Source: an uncultured Pseudomonadota bacterium (GTDB lineage: Bacteria > Oederibacteriota > Muellerivitia > Muellerivitales > Muellerivitaceae). From it: a DNA stretch of 64,000 nt. How positions within the stretch are numbered: position 1 is the first letter of the stretch; each line of letters starts with the position of its first letter. Below are positions 53,941 through 64,000 of the stretch, in pieces. The stretch is taken from the NCBI GenBank assembly GCA_963843375.1, contig CAWJKT010000003.1, forward strand, positions 1-64,000. The letters run 5' to 3'. The notes under the pieces were generated by a model. The model did no database searches and was not told the DNA's origin. It worked only from the letters and a program-made list of their open reading frames with translations. The translations under genes were made by a program, and so were the position numbers.

Positions 53941-55476
53941 ATGAATTCAGGAAAAGTTTATCTCGTTGGCGCTGGGCCGGGCGATCCTGGCCTCTTGACC
54001 TTGAAAGCCAAAGACATTCTTTCCAAGGCGGATGTGGTCGTCTATGATGCACTCGTACATCCTAAAATCCTGGAATTTATCCCAAAGGGAGCCCGGATAA
54101 TATTCCGTGGAAGCCGTGGAAAATCGGGCGCCATGAAGCAGTCTCAAATCAACAGTCTTCTCGTTCGGGTTGCGTCACAGGGCAAAAAAGTGGTTCGCTT
54201 GAAGGGCGGGGACCCATTCGTTTTTGGAAGAGGTGCGGAGGAAATCATGGCCTTGGAGGATCAAAAAATCCCATTCGAGGTCGTTCCGGGCGTTACCTCG
54301 GCCATCGCGGTTCCAGCCTATGCGGGTATCCCGGTGACCCATCGCAGCTTGAATTCCTCCTTTACGGTTGTCACGGGCCATGAGGACCCTTCGAAAACCA
54401 TTAGCCAAGTGGATTGGGCTCATTTGGCCAAAGATCAAGGAACCTTGGTCTTTTTGATGGGACTTCACAGCCTTCCAGCCCTTTGCCGCCGTTTGATCGA
54501 GGAGGGGAAAAGCCTACGAACTCCCGCGGCGGTCATTCAAAGTGGGACAACCGTTCTGCAAAAGGTGGTCACGGGAACTCTGGAAAATCTTGCTGATCTT
54601 ACGAATAAGGCGAGGCTTCTGCCTCCGGCTACGGTGGTAGTGGGGGAGGTGGTTAACTTGAGGCCGAAGCTTGACTGGCTTTCCCAAAAACCACTCTGGG
54701 GCCATAAAATTTTAGTGACTCGAAACCAGGCCAAGGCTGGTTATCTCTCTGGCCTTCTTTCGGATGAAGGGGCGGAAGTGGTTTCTATCGCTACCTTTGA
54801 AATCAAACCGCTGCCCTTGGACCGGCAGGTGAGAGAAAAAATCCAGGGGAGCGGGGAATATGACTGGATCATTTTCTCCAGTGTGAACGCGGTCGAAATT
54901 TTCTTTGGCCATTTTTTAAAAATCGGAATGAGCGTCAGGCATTTAAGTGGGGTAAAAATAGCTTGTATTGGGGAAGCCACTGCAAAGGTTGTGAGGTCAT
55001 TTGGACTCAAGGTGGCCTTGGTGCCAGACGATTATAAACAGGAAGGCTTGGCGAAGGCTTTTCAAAGAATTCCCCTGAAAGAGAAGCGGGTTTTATTCGC
55101 CCGAGCCCGTGAGGGGCGGGATTTGTTAGTTCGGTATTTTAAAAAAAAGAAGATACAATGCGATCTATTGGCGCTTTATGAAAACCAAGTGCCTCGAGGG
55201 GCCCGGAAAGAACTTCGGGAATTGTTCTTAAAAGGCGGCGGAGTGGATTTGTTGACTTTTGCTTCCTCTTCCTCTGTGGACCACTTTTACGGCCTTTTCA
55301 ACCCTTCCCAATTAAAGAAGTGGGTGGTACGCATTCCAGCTGCGGTCATCGGCCCGGTAACGGCGGCCTCCGTCAAGAAATGGGGCGGCAAAGTGGCTGT
55401 TCAACCAACCAAATACACGATGCCCGATCTTGTGGCGGCCATTGTCAAATGGGCGGTCAAGCGATCTAATTCTTAG
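53941..55476 (+). CDS. cobA/hemD: Uroporphyrinogen-III C-methyltransferase / uroporphyrinogen-III synthase fusion
   Basis: VYLVGAGPGDPGLLT, RLKGGDPFVFGRG; C-half ILVTR, FSSVNAV, TFASSSSV, VIGPVT. Confidence 0.95.
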   Translation: MNSGKVYLVGAGPGDPGLLTLKAKDILSKADVVVYDALVHPKILEFIPKGARIIFRGSRGKSGAMKQSQINSLLVRVASQGKKVVRLKGGDPFVFGRGAEEIMALEDQKIPFEVVPGVTSAIAVPAYAGIPVTHRSLNSSFTVVTGHEDPSKTISQVDWAHLAKDQGTLVFLMGLHSLPALCRRLIEEGKSLRTPAAVIQSGTTVLQKVVTGTLENLADLTNKARLLPPATVVVGEVVNLRPKLDWLSQKPLWGHKILVTRNQAKAGYLSGLLSDEGAEVVSIATFEIKPLPLDRQVREKIQGSGEYDWIIFSSVNAVEIFFGHFLKIGMSVRHLSGVKIACIGEATAKVVRSFGLKVALVPDDYKQEGLAKAFQRIPLKEKRVLFARAREGRDLLVRYFKKKKIQCDLLALYENQVPRGARKELRELFLKGGGVDLLTFASSSSVDHFYGLFNPSQLKKWVVRIPAAVIGPVTAASVKKWGGKVAVQPTKYTMPDLVAAIVKWAVKRSNS

Positions 55477-55520
55477 TCTAAGAGCCCTTTCGACGCTAAA
55501 ATACACGCCGGAGAAAAACC

Positions 55521-56494
<974 letters not shown>

Positions 56495-56520
56495 ATATTA
56501 ATTCTTGAGATTCGCAAATT

Positions 56521-57825
56521 ATGAAATATAAACTCAAGTTGGACAGGTCCCGAAATTTATATGAATTGGCCCAGAAACATCTAGTGGGAGGGGTCAACAG
56601 TCCGGTTCGGGCTTTCAAGGGCGTGGGTGGGACGCCTATCTTTTTCGCGCGGGGCAAGGGTTCCTATTTGATCGATGTGGATGGAAACCGATACATTGAT
56701 TTAGTGGGTTCCTGGGGGCCACTCATCCTAGGGCACGTGGATACCGAGGTACTTAACCTTGTGCGTCGTGTCCTGAAAAAAGGATTCAGCTTTGGCGCGC
56801 CTTCACCGCTTGAAACGGATCTCGCCGTCCTGGTCAAAAAAGCCTATCCTTCCATCGATAAAGTTCGTTTTGTCAGTTCCGGTACCGAGGCCGTTTTAAG
56901 CGTCATAAGGCTGGTCCGGGCCGCGACAGGCAAAAAGCGTATCATCAAGTTTGACGGTTGTTACCATGGTCATGGCGATAGTTTGTTAGTGGCGGCGGGA
57001 AGCGGGGCGGCCACCCTCGGGTTGCCGGATAGCCCAGGGGTTCCCGAGGAAATAGCTTCTCTTACCACCAGCCTGCCCTATAACGATCTTCCAGCGGTTC
57101 AAGAGGCCTTTTCAAGATTTACTGATATCGCGGCGGTCATTGTGGAACCCGTAGCGGGGAATATGGGCTTAGTGCCCCCAAAACATGGTTTTCTGGCGGG
57201 CTTAAGGGAATTAACCAAACAGCATAACGCCCTTCTTGTTTTCGATGAGGTTATGACGGGTTTCCGGGTGGCTTTGGGGGGGGCCCAAGAACTTTATGGT
57301 ATTAAACCCGACTTGACGACCCTCGGCAAGATCATCGGGGGAGGAATGCCGGTGGGGGCTTATGGTGGCCGGGAGGAACTGATGTCTCAAGTTGCTCCTG
57401 AAGGGCCAGTTTACCAGGCAGGGACCCTTTCCGGAAATCCCATCGCCATGGCGGCGGGAATCGCCACTTTGAAAAAATTGTCCGAACGGAAAGTTTATGA
57501 TCAGTTGGAGGAATCAGCTGCTTTTGTCGAAGAGGGGATCAGGCGGGCCCTGGAAAAGACAGGCGTGAAAGCCGTATTCCAAAGGGTGGGAAGCATGGCC
57601 ACCTTATTTTTTTGTGGGCACCCAATCGAGAATTACGCCCAAGCCAAGGAATCGGATCAGAAAAAATATGGGCGGTTTTTCTGGGCCATGGCCCAAAGGG
57701 GCGTTTATCTTCCGCCTTCCCAATTTGAGGCCATGTTTTTCTCCGATGCTTTGACGAAAGACCAGTTGAAAAAAATCGTCAAATCCATCGAGGAAAGCTT
57801 GGTAGTGGCCGACCAGAAAGCTTAA
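56521..57825 (+). CDS. hemL: Glutamate-1-semialdehyde 2,1-aminomutase
   Basis: GGVNSPVRAF, SWGPLILGH, FDEVMTGFR, GKIIGGGMPVGAYGG, YQAGTLSGNP. Confidence 0.97.
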   Translation: MKYKLKLDRSRNLYELAQKHLVGGVNSPVRAFKGVGGTPIFFARGKGSYLIDVDGNRYIDLVGSWGPLILGHVDTEVLNLVRRVLKKGFSFGAPSPLETDLAVLVKKAYPSIDKVRFVSSGTEAVLSVIRLVRAATGKKRIIKFDGCYHGHGDSLLVAAGSGAATLGLPDSPGVPEEIASLTTSLPYNDLPAVQEAFSRFTDIAAVIVEPVAGNMGLVPPKHGFLAGLRELTKQHNALLVFDEVMTGFRVALGGAQELYGIKPDLTTLGKIIGGGMPVGAYGGREELMSQVAPEGPVYQAGTLSGNPIAMAAGIATLKKLSERKVYDQLEESAAFVEEGIRRALEKTGVKAVFQRVGSMATLFFCGHPIENYAQAKESDQKKYGRFFWAMAQRGVYLPPSQFEAMFFSDALTKDQLKKIVKSIEESLVVADQKA

Positions 57826-57930
57826 GTCAGCTTTTGAATCACCAGATTCTATTGACCGATCCAAGATAAAAATGAGTCAAATTCGGCTAAAACTTGATAA
57901 AATTTGGAGCATCCCTCCGGGAGGCTTGAT

Positions 57931-58516
57931 GTGAAAAAACATGGGTTTGGATTATCAATCACGGTAGTGACCTTAGGGTTTATCCTGTGGGGTTTGGATT
58001 CCGGGGCCTTTGGCGACACAGAAATTAATCTGGACGATATCCTCAAACCAACGCCTACCTTAACTTCCGCCCAACCTGTTTCAACAAATATGGTTGCGAC
58101 GCCAACGGTCACGTCTCTTCCAGCGGCGGTTCCCGTTCCCACGACTGTCATTAATATGTTCGAATCGGCCCCCACCCCGACGGAAACCGTTGAGTGATGA
58201 ATCCGCGTCCCTTGAAGTTCATGGGGTTTTAAAGATGAAGGACATCTATGCCGCTGGGATTAAGGCCTATCAGGAGCAGGATTACGACAAGGCCATCCGT
58301 TATCTTAAAAAATCCTTAGAGATGAAAGATTCCTATTCCGCCAAGTTTTATTACGCCGAAGCCAGCGCAATGCTGGGAGTGATCTACCAATTTCATATCA
58401 TCCACTATAATTGGGCCTACTACTACTATCGGCAAGCCTTGAGGTATGAAAAGAGAAACCCGACAGCCCGGAGGCATATTAAGCAAGTCGCTAGGTATAA
58501 AAATCAAAAGGATTGA
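57931..58516 (+). CDS. Exported protein: P/T-rich linker plus TPR-like domain (frameshift at ~58190)
   Basis: GGAGG RBS and GTG 57931; signal-like N-terminus; PTPT linker; Y.AG.KAY...DY..A...L.KSL...YYAEA.A.LGVIYQFH. Confidence 0.65.
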
Positions 58517-59655
58517 AATTGCTCCATGATCGGTTGGGATTGAAAATTCTGGCTTTCCTGTTTTTAAGCCAGGTGGTTTTCGCGGATGTGGCCCCTATTT
58601 CATTAACTTTTTTCGGATTGTATGGATCTCCCGTTCAACCGGCAGGTTTAACCAGTTCCACGACTTATGGTTTTGGCTTAGACGCCTTGGGGGAGTGGAA
58701 CCCGTCCTATTACTTTTCATTAGGGCTTAGCTACGAACAGGTTACTTTTTACAGTTCGTCCAATTTTTCAGTACCTATGGGCAATCTGGAAGGTCGGATT
58801 TTCCCGTTCGAAAACGGGAAAAATAAGTTTTCACCCTATCTCTATGGCGGGGCGGGCTTGAACCTTTCCTCGACGGGTGGACCGGTCCAATTAAAAGCGG
58901 GCATCGGCAGCCGGGTTTCCATCGCCGGGCCCATTTTCTTCGATATCGCCGCCGGTAGCCACTGGATTCAACCTCCCGATGATTTTCAGTATGTTGATAT
59001 CAGGGCCGGCCTGAGCTGTTCCATCGATTTCAAACCGGCCTCCGAAAATACCCCTACGCCGGTAGCGACCCCCATCCTTGGTTCTCCCACGCCGTTCGTC
59101 CAAGCCTCCGTCACGCCTAACGTAACGCCGATACCCACGATAACCCAGTCTCCGGAAGAGATCAGCCTGGAAGAGAGCCCGACGCCTACCCCCATGCCCC
59201 AGATTGAATCGGCGCCGGTTACCACCATTGCCGGAGTCAAAAAATACTACAAACTAGGGATGAATGCGTTCATGGCTCAAAATTACAAATTGGCTTTCAA
59301 ACTTTTGCATAAGTCCTTGGCCACCAAAGAAATCCATGGAGCTTCCTACTATTACGCGGAAACTTATGCCACCCTTGGGGTAATCTATGAATTTCACGCC
59401 TCCACCGTGAAGGATCACGACAAGAAGGCTTTGTTCTGCTACCAAAAGGCCTTGGCCATCGATCCGACGACGAAATCGGCGAAACACTACTACAAGAAAC
59501 TCAAAGCCAAAGTCGTGGCGGAATCAAGAAAGAAAGCCAGACACAAATCCCGCCCCATCCCCACTCCCACCGTTTCTGCGGATACAAGTGAGTTATCCGC
59601 CCCGACACCTGTCAGTTCTGTGGATACCAGCGGACTTTCGACCACAAAACCTTAG
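58513..59655 (+). CDS. Predicted small outer-membrane beta-barrel + P/T linker + TPR-like domain + P/T/S tail
   Basis: Signal peptide ending VFA; amphipathic strands (FSPYLYGGAG, YVDIRAGLS); TPTP linker; YYAETYATLGVIYEFH...YQKALAIDP. Confidence 0.65.
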   Translation: MKLLHDRLGLKILAFLFLSQVVFADVAPISLTFFGLYGSPVQPAGLTSSTTYGFGLDALGEWNPSYYFSLGLSYEQVTFYSSSNFSVPMGNLEGRIFPFENGKNKFSPYLYGGAGLNLSSTGGPVQLKAGIGSRVSIAGPIFFDIAAGSHWIQPPDDFQYVDIRAGLSCSIDFKPASENTPTPVATPILGSPTPFVQASVTPNVTPIPTITQSPEEISLEESPTPTPMPQIESAPVTTIAGVKKYYKLGMNAFMAQNYKLAFKLLHKSLATKEIHGASYYYAETYATLGVIYEFHASTVKDHDKKALFCYQKALAIDPTTKSAKHYYKKLKAKVVAESRKKARHKSRPIPTPTVSADTSELSAPTPVSSVDTSGLSTTKP

Positions 59656-59688
59656 CTTTCAGTCCTTGATGAAAAGTGTACACCCCAA

Positions 59689-60960
59689 ATGATCTTTCGT
59701 TTTCCGCGGCTAATTAAAACTTTTTGGTTCCACACGGGTTTGTTGGGACTGTTCCTTTTTGCTCGCTCTGGACAGCCCCAAACTTTTCAACCGGCCCTGC
59801 TCCTTCATGTGGATGGACGGTTTCTCAAAGATCCTTTCGGAAGGACCGTGATATTAAGAGGAATCAACCATCACGGTTTTTTAGACGTGCCCGACGGAGA
59901 CTGGGACCCAGCCGGAGGGCCCCTTTATTCCGGCATGGGGAATTGGAACCCGGGTGTCGTCCAGAAAACCCTTGGGCAATATAACCAGCTAGGTTTCAAT
60001 GTGGTCCGTTTTCACACCATCGTCGACTGGTGGAAAAATGACCCCAAGACCTATCAGGACCCCTATCGAAAGGTGAATTATCCTGAGTCCTACCGCCAAA
60101 TGATGGAAGATACCGTGAAGTGGGCGGGGGAGCGGGGTCTTTATGTTATCTTTGATTTCTTTGCCTTGAAAAACGTGGAAGGTCGCCAATCTGGCCAGGA
60201 ATTCCTTCCATGGCCGCCCGAGGGGCGGTTTTCCGATGTCGTGAAAAACCGAGCGGAGTTTGAAAAGATATGGGTTTCAGCCGCTCGAGTCCTAGGCCGG
60301 TACCCCAATGTTTTATTTGAACTTTTTAACGAACCCCATGGTGATGCCCAGGCCCAAGAAGATTGGTTCCAGTTCGTCAAAGAAGTCCTCCCCCAAATCC
60401 GTACCTTGACTCCAAATCCGGTCATCATTCAGTGGGATTATATGTGCTGGGTCAATTTGGATTATCCACCGCCCCGATATTCGGCCTCTACTTTGGCTTG
60501 GGTTGGGAAGCATTCTCTTGATGACCCCAATCTCATCTATGGAACCCATTTGTACCGCAATTCGGGCAATGGCGGGCCAGGGACCGCCTACCGAAGCGGG
60601 CCTCCATTGGTCAATCTTTGGGAGCGGTCCGATATTGAAAAGGCGCTGATTTTGGCTTTGATACCGGATATCCCGCAGAAACTCCAAAAACCCCTATTGG
60701 TGACAGAGGTGGGGGCCTATTTGGCCAATGGGGGTGAGGATAGAACCCATGAACTTTCCTGGTTCAAGAATACCCTATCCCTCCTGAATGGGTGGGGAAT
60801 TGGCTACGTGGGATGGGGTTGGTCTTCGGATAGTCAGATAGGTCATGGAATGCTCCACAATGGGGAGCCCAATGAAGCCGGAAAATTACTTTTGGATTCC
60901 CTTGGCAAACCTAATTACTCGAATGATCCGAAATTAGGAGTTTTCGGGGAGCGGGATTGA
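59689..60960 (+). CDS. Glycoside hydrolase family 5 (cellulase-like)
   Basis: LHVDG..LKD..GR.V.LRGIN, GFNVVR, acid/base FELFNEPH, H.Y, nucleophile VTEVG, GW.W; hydrophobic N-terminus. Confidence 0.85.
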   Translation: MIFRFPRLIKTFWFHTGLLGLFLFARSGQPQTFQPALLLHVDGRFLKDPFGRTVILRGINHHGFLDVPDGDWDPAGGPLYSGMGNWNPGVVQKTLGQYNQLGFNVVRFHTIVDWWKNDPKTYQDPYRKVNYPESYRQMMEDTVKWAGERGLYVIFDFFALKNVEGRQSGQEFLPWPPEGRFSDVVKNRAEFEKIWVSAARVLGRYPNVLFELFNEPHGDAQAQEDWFQFVKEVLPQIRTLTPNPVIIQWDYMCWVNLDYPPPRYSASTLAWVGKHSLDDPNLIYGTHLYRNSGNGGPGTAYRSGPPLVNLWERSDIEKALILALIPDIPQKLQKPLLVTEVGAYLANGGEDRTHELSWFKNTLSLLNGWGIGYVGWGWSSDSQIGHGMLHNGEPNEAGKLLLDSLGKPNYSNDPKLGVFGERD

Positions 60961-60984
60961 AAAAATTAAGTTGGCAGCGTGGGT

Positions 60985-61770
60985 TTAATTCACAAGTTGC
61001 CGGATTCTTTCAATCTTGGTGGCTTTTCCATTTTCCTTATCCACCGAAACCACTACGGCCTGGAACAAATAAGGCATTTCCTCCGACACTTCAAAGCGGG
61101 ACGGGGCACCGGTGAGAAACCGGGATAAAACTTGCGGTTGTTTCATTCCAATGATCGAATTGGGGGAGCCCGACATGCCGATATCAGTCAAATAAGCCGT
61201 GCCACCCGGCAGAATTTCCTCGTCCGCCGTCATGATATGAGTATGGGTTCCGGTCACGGAACTGACCCGGCCATTCAAATACCAACCCATGGCCCTTTTC
61301 TCGCTGGTAGCCTCGCCATGCATATCCACGATAATGACCTTGGTCTTGCCCTGTATTTGTTGGAGCGCCCTGTCGGCGGCCTTGAAGGGGCAATCGAGGT
61401 TGATATTCATAAAAGTCCGGCCCATGAGATTGAGAACCGCAACCGGGGTTCCCATACAATCGTAAATCCCCAAGCCTGAACCCGGATTTTCGCTTGGATA
61501 ATTGTGAGGCCGAAGAAGCCGGGGGTCGTGGCCAATGATTTCCCGGACTTCTTTCTTCGACCAAATATGATTCCCGGAAGTGACTACATCGGCGCCGATT
61601 TCGATAATGTTTTTGAAAGAATCGGGCTGAATACCCGCTCCTGCGGCCAAATTTTCCCCGTTAACAACGGTGAATTCGATGTTGTAGTCGTTTTTAACCC
61701 GGCCGATGCAGTTGTGAACCGCGTGGCGGCCCGGTTTTCCCATAATGTCGCCAACGAGGAGGATGTTCAT
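60985..61770 (-). CDS. ymdB: TIGR00282 / YmdB-like metallophosphoesterase
   Basis: GDIMGKPGR, NGEN.A.G.G, TSGNHIW, DMHGEATSEK, GTHTH, TAYLTD.GM.G. Confidence 0.93.
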   Translation of the reverse strand: MNILLVGDIMGKPGRHAVHNCIGRVKNDYNIEFTVVNGENLAAGAGIQPDSFKNIIEIGADVVTSGNHIWSKKEVREIIGHDPRLLRPHNYPSENPGSGLGIYDCMGTPVAVLNLMGRTFMNINLDCPFKAADRALQQIQGKTKVIIVDMHGEATSEKRAMGWYLNGRVSSVTGTHTHIMTADEEILPGGTAYLTDIGMSGSPNSIIGMKQPQVLSRFLTGAPSRFEVSEEMPYLFQAVVVSVDKENGKATKIERIRQLVN

Positions 61771-61861
61771 AGGTGTCCTTTTTTCTAAAGAGTCGGTTGA
61801 GAGTAAACAAAAATAATGAGAAACACAACCCTAACAGACAGAACTGTTTCGAGAAGGCGCG

Positions 61862-62443
61862 CTATTTACAATACTGAAATCCTTTTTCACTTAAAACGGC
61901 CTTTAGGGGGATGTCATGGGGTTCGGCGGGTATTTTCTCAACAATCTGGAAGGAATAGCCCAAGCCAATCGTCAGGGTAGTTTTTTTCATTTCGGGCAGG
62001 ACTCGGTCGTAATAACCCTTGCCAAAGCCCAGCCGGTTGCCGGTCAGATCGAAGGCCAGGCCGGGTACCAGGATCAAGTCGATTTCTTCCCAATTGGCGG
62101 GTTTATTACCGGAAGGTTCTAAAATGCCAAAGGGCCCTTTGATGAGCGTCTTGAAGTTTTGTACTTGATAAAAATGAAAATGTTTTTTGTCTTTCACCAC
62201 CTTGGGCAAGTAAAGTTTTTTACCCAGTTCCAGGGAACCTTCCAGAATCGAATAGGTGTTGATTTCGCTCGGAGTTGAGGCGAAGGCGCCGATGCCGTTG
62301 GCCTTATCAAATTCGGGCCGCTTGCATAGGATATTCCAGACTCCTTGAGAAGCCGATTCCGCAAAGGCGGGGTCGACTTGATCCCGTAATTGCTTCAATT
62401 TCTCCCGCAAGGGGGACTTGGAATCGGATTCAGGCAATGTCAT
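61862..62443 (-). CDS. ygfA: 5-formyltetrahydrofolate cyclo-ligase
   Basis: K..LR, FGILEP, DLILVPGLAFD..GNRLGFGKGYYDR, P.EPHD. Confidence 0.93.
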   Translation of the reverse strand: MTLPESDSKSPLREKLKQLRDQVDPAFAESASQGVWNILCKRPEFDKANGIGAFASTPSEINTYSILEGSLELGKKLYLPKVVKDKKHFHFYQVQNFKTLIKGPFGILEPSGNKPANWEEIDLILVPGLAFDLTGNRLGFGKGYYDRVLPEMKKTTLTIGLGYSFQIVEKIPAEPHDIPLKAVLSEKGFQYCK

Positions 62444-63780
62444 GTTTTGGGTCTTTCACCGGGATTTGGGGATTTTTCTAGTTCTTGGAGATGTTCCAAC
62501 CAGGCTTTTATTTTGGCTTCGTATCCCAAATTGGTCGGGGAATAGTACCGGCCCAGATTCGGGGCATATTCCTGTTTGACATAATGATCCGGAAAGTCAT
62601 GGGCATATTGATAACCCTTGCCATGGTCCAAAACTTTCGCGCCCGGATAGTGGGCGTCTTTCAGGTGGAGGGGAACTTCCTTGTTGGCTTCCTTTTTAAC
62701 GTCTTCGGTCGCCGATTCCAACCCCATATAGGAAGCATTGCTTTTGGGGGCGCAGGCAAGATAAACCGTGGCTTGGGCCAGGGGAATGCGTCCTTCGGGC
62801 AAACCAATGAATTCCAGTGCCTGTTGGGCCGCCACAGCCAGAGGCAAGGCCTGGGGGTCGGCGTTACCTACGTCCTCCGCCGCCGAAATGACCAGCCTGC
62901 GGGCGATAAAACGGGGGTCCTCCCCGGCATAAAGCATCTTGGCCAGCCAATAAAGGGCCGCGTCAGGATCGGAACCCCGAATGCTTTTGATGAAAGCGGA
63001 AATAGTGTCGTAATGCTGGTCGCCGGAGGCGTCGTATTGGACCATCCGTTTCTGGATGGATTCCTGGGCGACTTCCAAATCGAAATGGATGATGCCTTGG
63101 TTGTCGGGAGGGGTTGTCAGAACACCCACTTCCAAGGCGTTCAAGAGAGTGCGCGGCGTCGCCGGAGGCGGCTTTCAACAAATGGGTTTTGGCTTCAGGC
63201 GCCAGATCGACCTTGTAGTTGCCCAGCCCATTTTCAGCGTTTTTAAGCGCATGGTCCAGGATGATTCCCAGATGGTTTTCTTCCAAGGGCCTCAATTCGC
63301 AGACCCGAGAACGGGAAAGCAAGGCCGTGTTCAAGGCGAAAAACGGGTTTTGAGTAGTGGCGCCGACCAGAATGATGGTTCCTTGTTCCAAATGGGGAAG
63401 AAGGGCATCCTGCTGGCTTTTATTGAAATGGTGGATTTCATCCAGAAAGAGGATAGTGGATTGCTGGTAGAGTTTCTTGTTTTCGGCGGCCTCGTCGAAA
63501 ACCTTGCGCAGGTCGGCCAGGCCCGAGGTGACGGCGTTTAAGGCCACAAAACGGCTTTTCATTCGGCGGGCGACCAAGCGGGCGAAGGCGGTTTTGCCTG
63601 TTCCCGGGGGGCCGTAAAGGATCAAGGAAACGATGCGATTGGCTTCCAGAAGACGGCGCAAAAGCTTTCCGGGCCCACCAAATGTTCCTGCCCGACATAA
63701 TCCTCAAGAGACCTGGGGGACATGCGGATGGCGAGAGGGCGACTGTTGCTTTCTTCAACGGCTGAATCGAAAAAATCCAT
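62440..63780 (-). CDS. rarA: Replication-associated recombination protein A (AAA+), frameshifts at ~63660 and ~63145
   Basis: [77 protein letters not shown]. Confidence 0.93.
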
Positions 63781-63870
63781 GAAATCATGATAAAGGGCCT
63801 GGTAAATGACAACAAGGGGGGAGTCGTTTTAAGTTGAAGAAAAAAACCTTTTTTTTGAGGAAAAAAAAAT

Positions 63871-64000
63871 GAGCCCGCCGCCTGTGCCGTTTAAGACAGT
63901 ACTTTTCTGAGGCCTGACTAAGTCAGGTGGGCGCCCTCACAAGCGGTTCATCGCTTCCGAAGAAGACTATCCCCGATTGGTCTATGGGAACCCGTTTTTG
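63871..64000 (-). ncRNA. ssrS: 6S RNA, 3' two-thirds (5' end lies beyond the window)
   Basis: Minus strand GGGTTCCC...GAGGGCGCCCACCTGACTTAGTCAGGCCTCA...AAACGGCACAGGCGG resembles the 6S 3' arm (GAGGGC-CCCACCTG..., ACGGCAC); GGGUUCCC pairs with GGGCGCCC; lies upstream of ygfA, the usual 6S context. Confidence 0.75.

Overview
Chromosomal window from a diderm bacterium (LptF/LptD, outer-membrane barrels). The lineage cannot be fixed from the sequence; PorV-like barrels outside a Bacteroidota gene context and many Pro/Thr-rich linkers suggest a poorly characterised phylum (inference only). About 25 single-base frameshifts break conserved genes and look like long-read assembly errors. The left half (0-27 kb) holds a large predicted lipid-linked-sugar glycosylation locus: a DUF2723/TMEM260-like GT-C, a ~2100 aa GT39-like + DUF2298 (YYY) fusion, a second DUF2298 protein, a TIGR03663/Agl23-like GT-C, two GT2 polyprenol-phosphate-sugar synthases and two membrane-anchored NHL propellers. 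It is interrupted by korAB and by an accessory block (GGDEF, esterase, a tandem GT-A-like pair, cls, carbonic anhydrase). The middle has two PorV-like barrels, a secreted LPP-repeat protein, lptF, lptD, uvrA, a Crp-family regulator and a polyprenyl synthase. The right half has an 11-subunit complex I-like operon without nuoEFG, a ccsA/hemX-hemA-hemC-cobA/hemD-hemB-hemL operon, two paralogous P/T-rich TPR proteins, a GH5, and ymdB-ygfA-rarA with a partial 6S RNA at the window edge. No CRISPR array, tRNA, rRNA or mobile element was seen.
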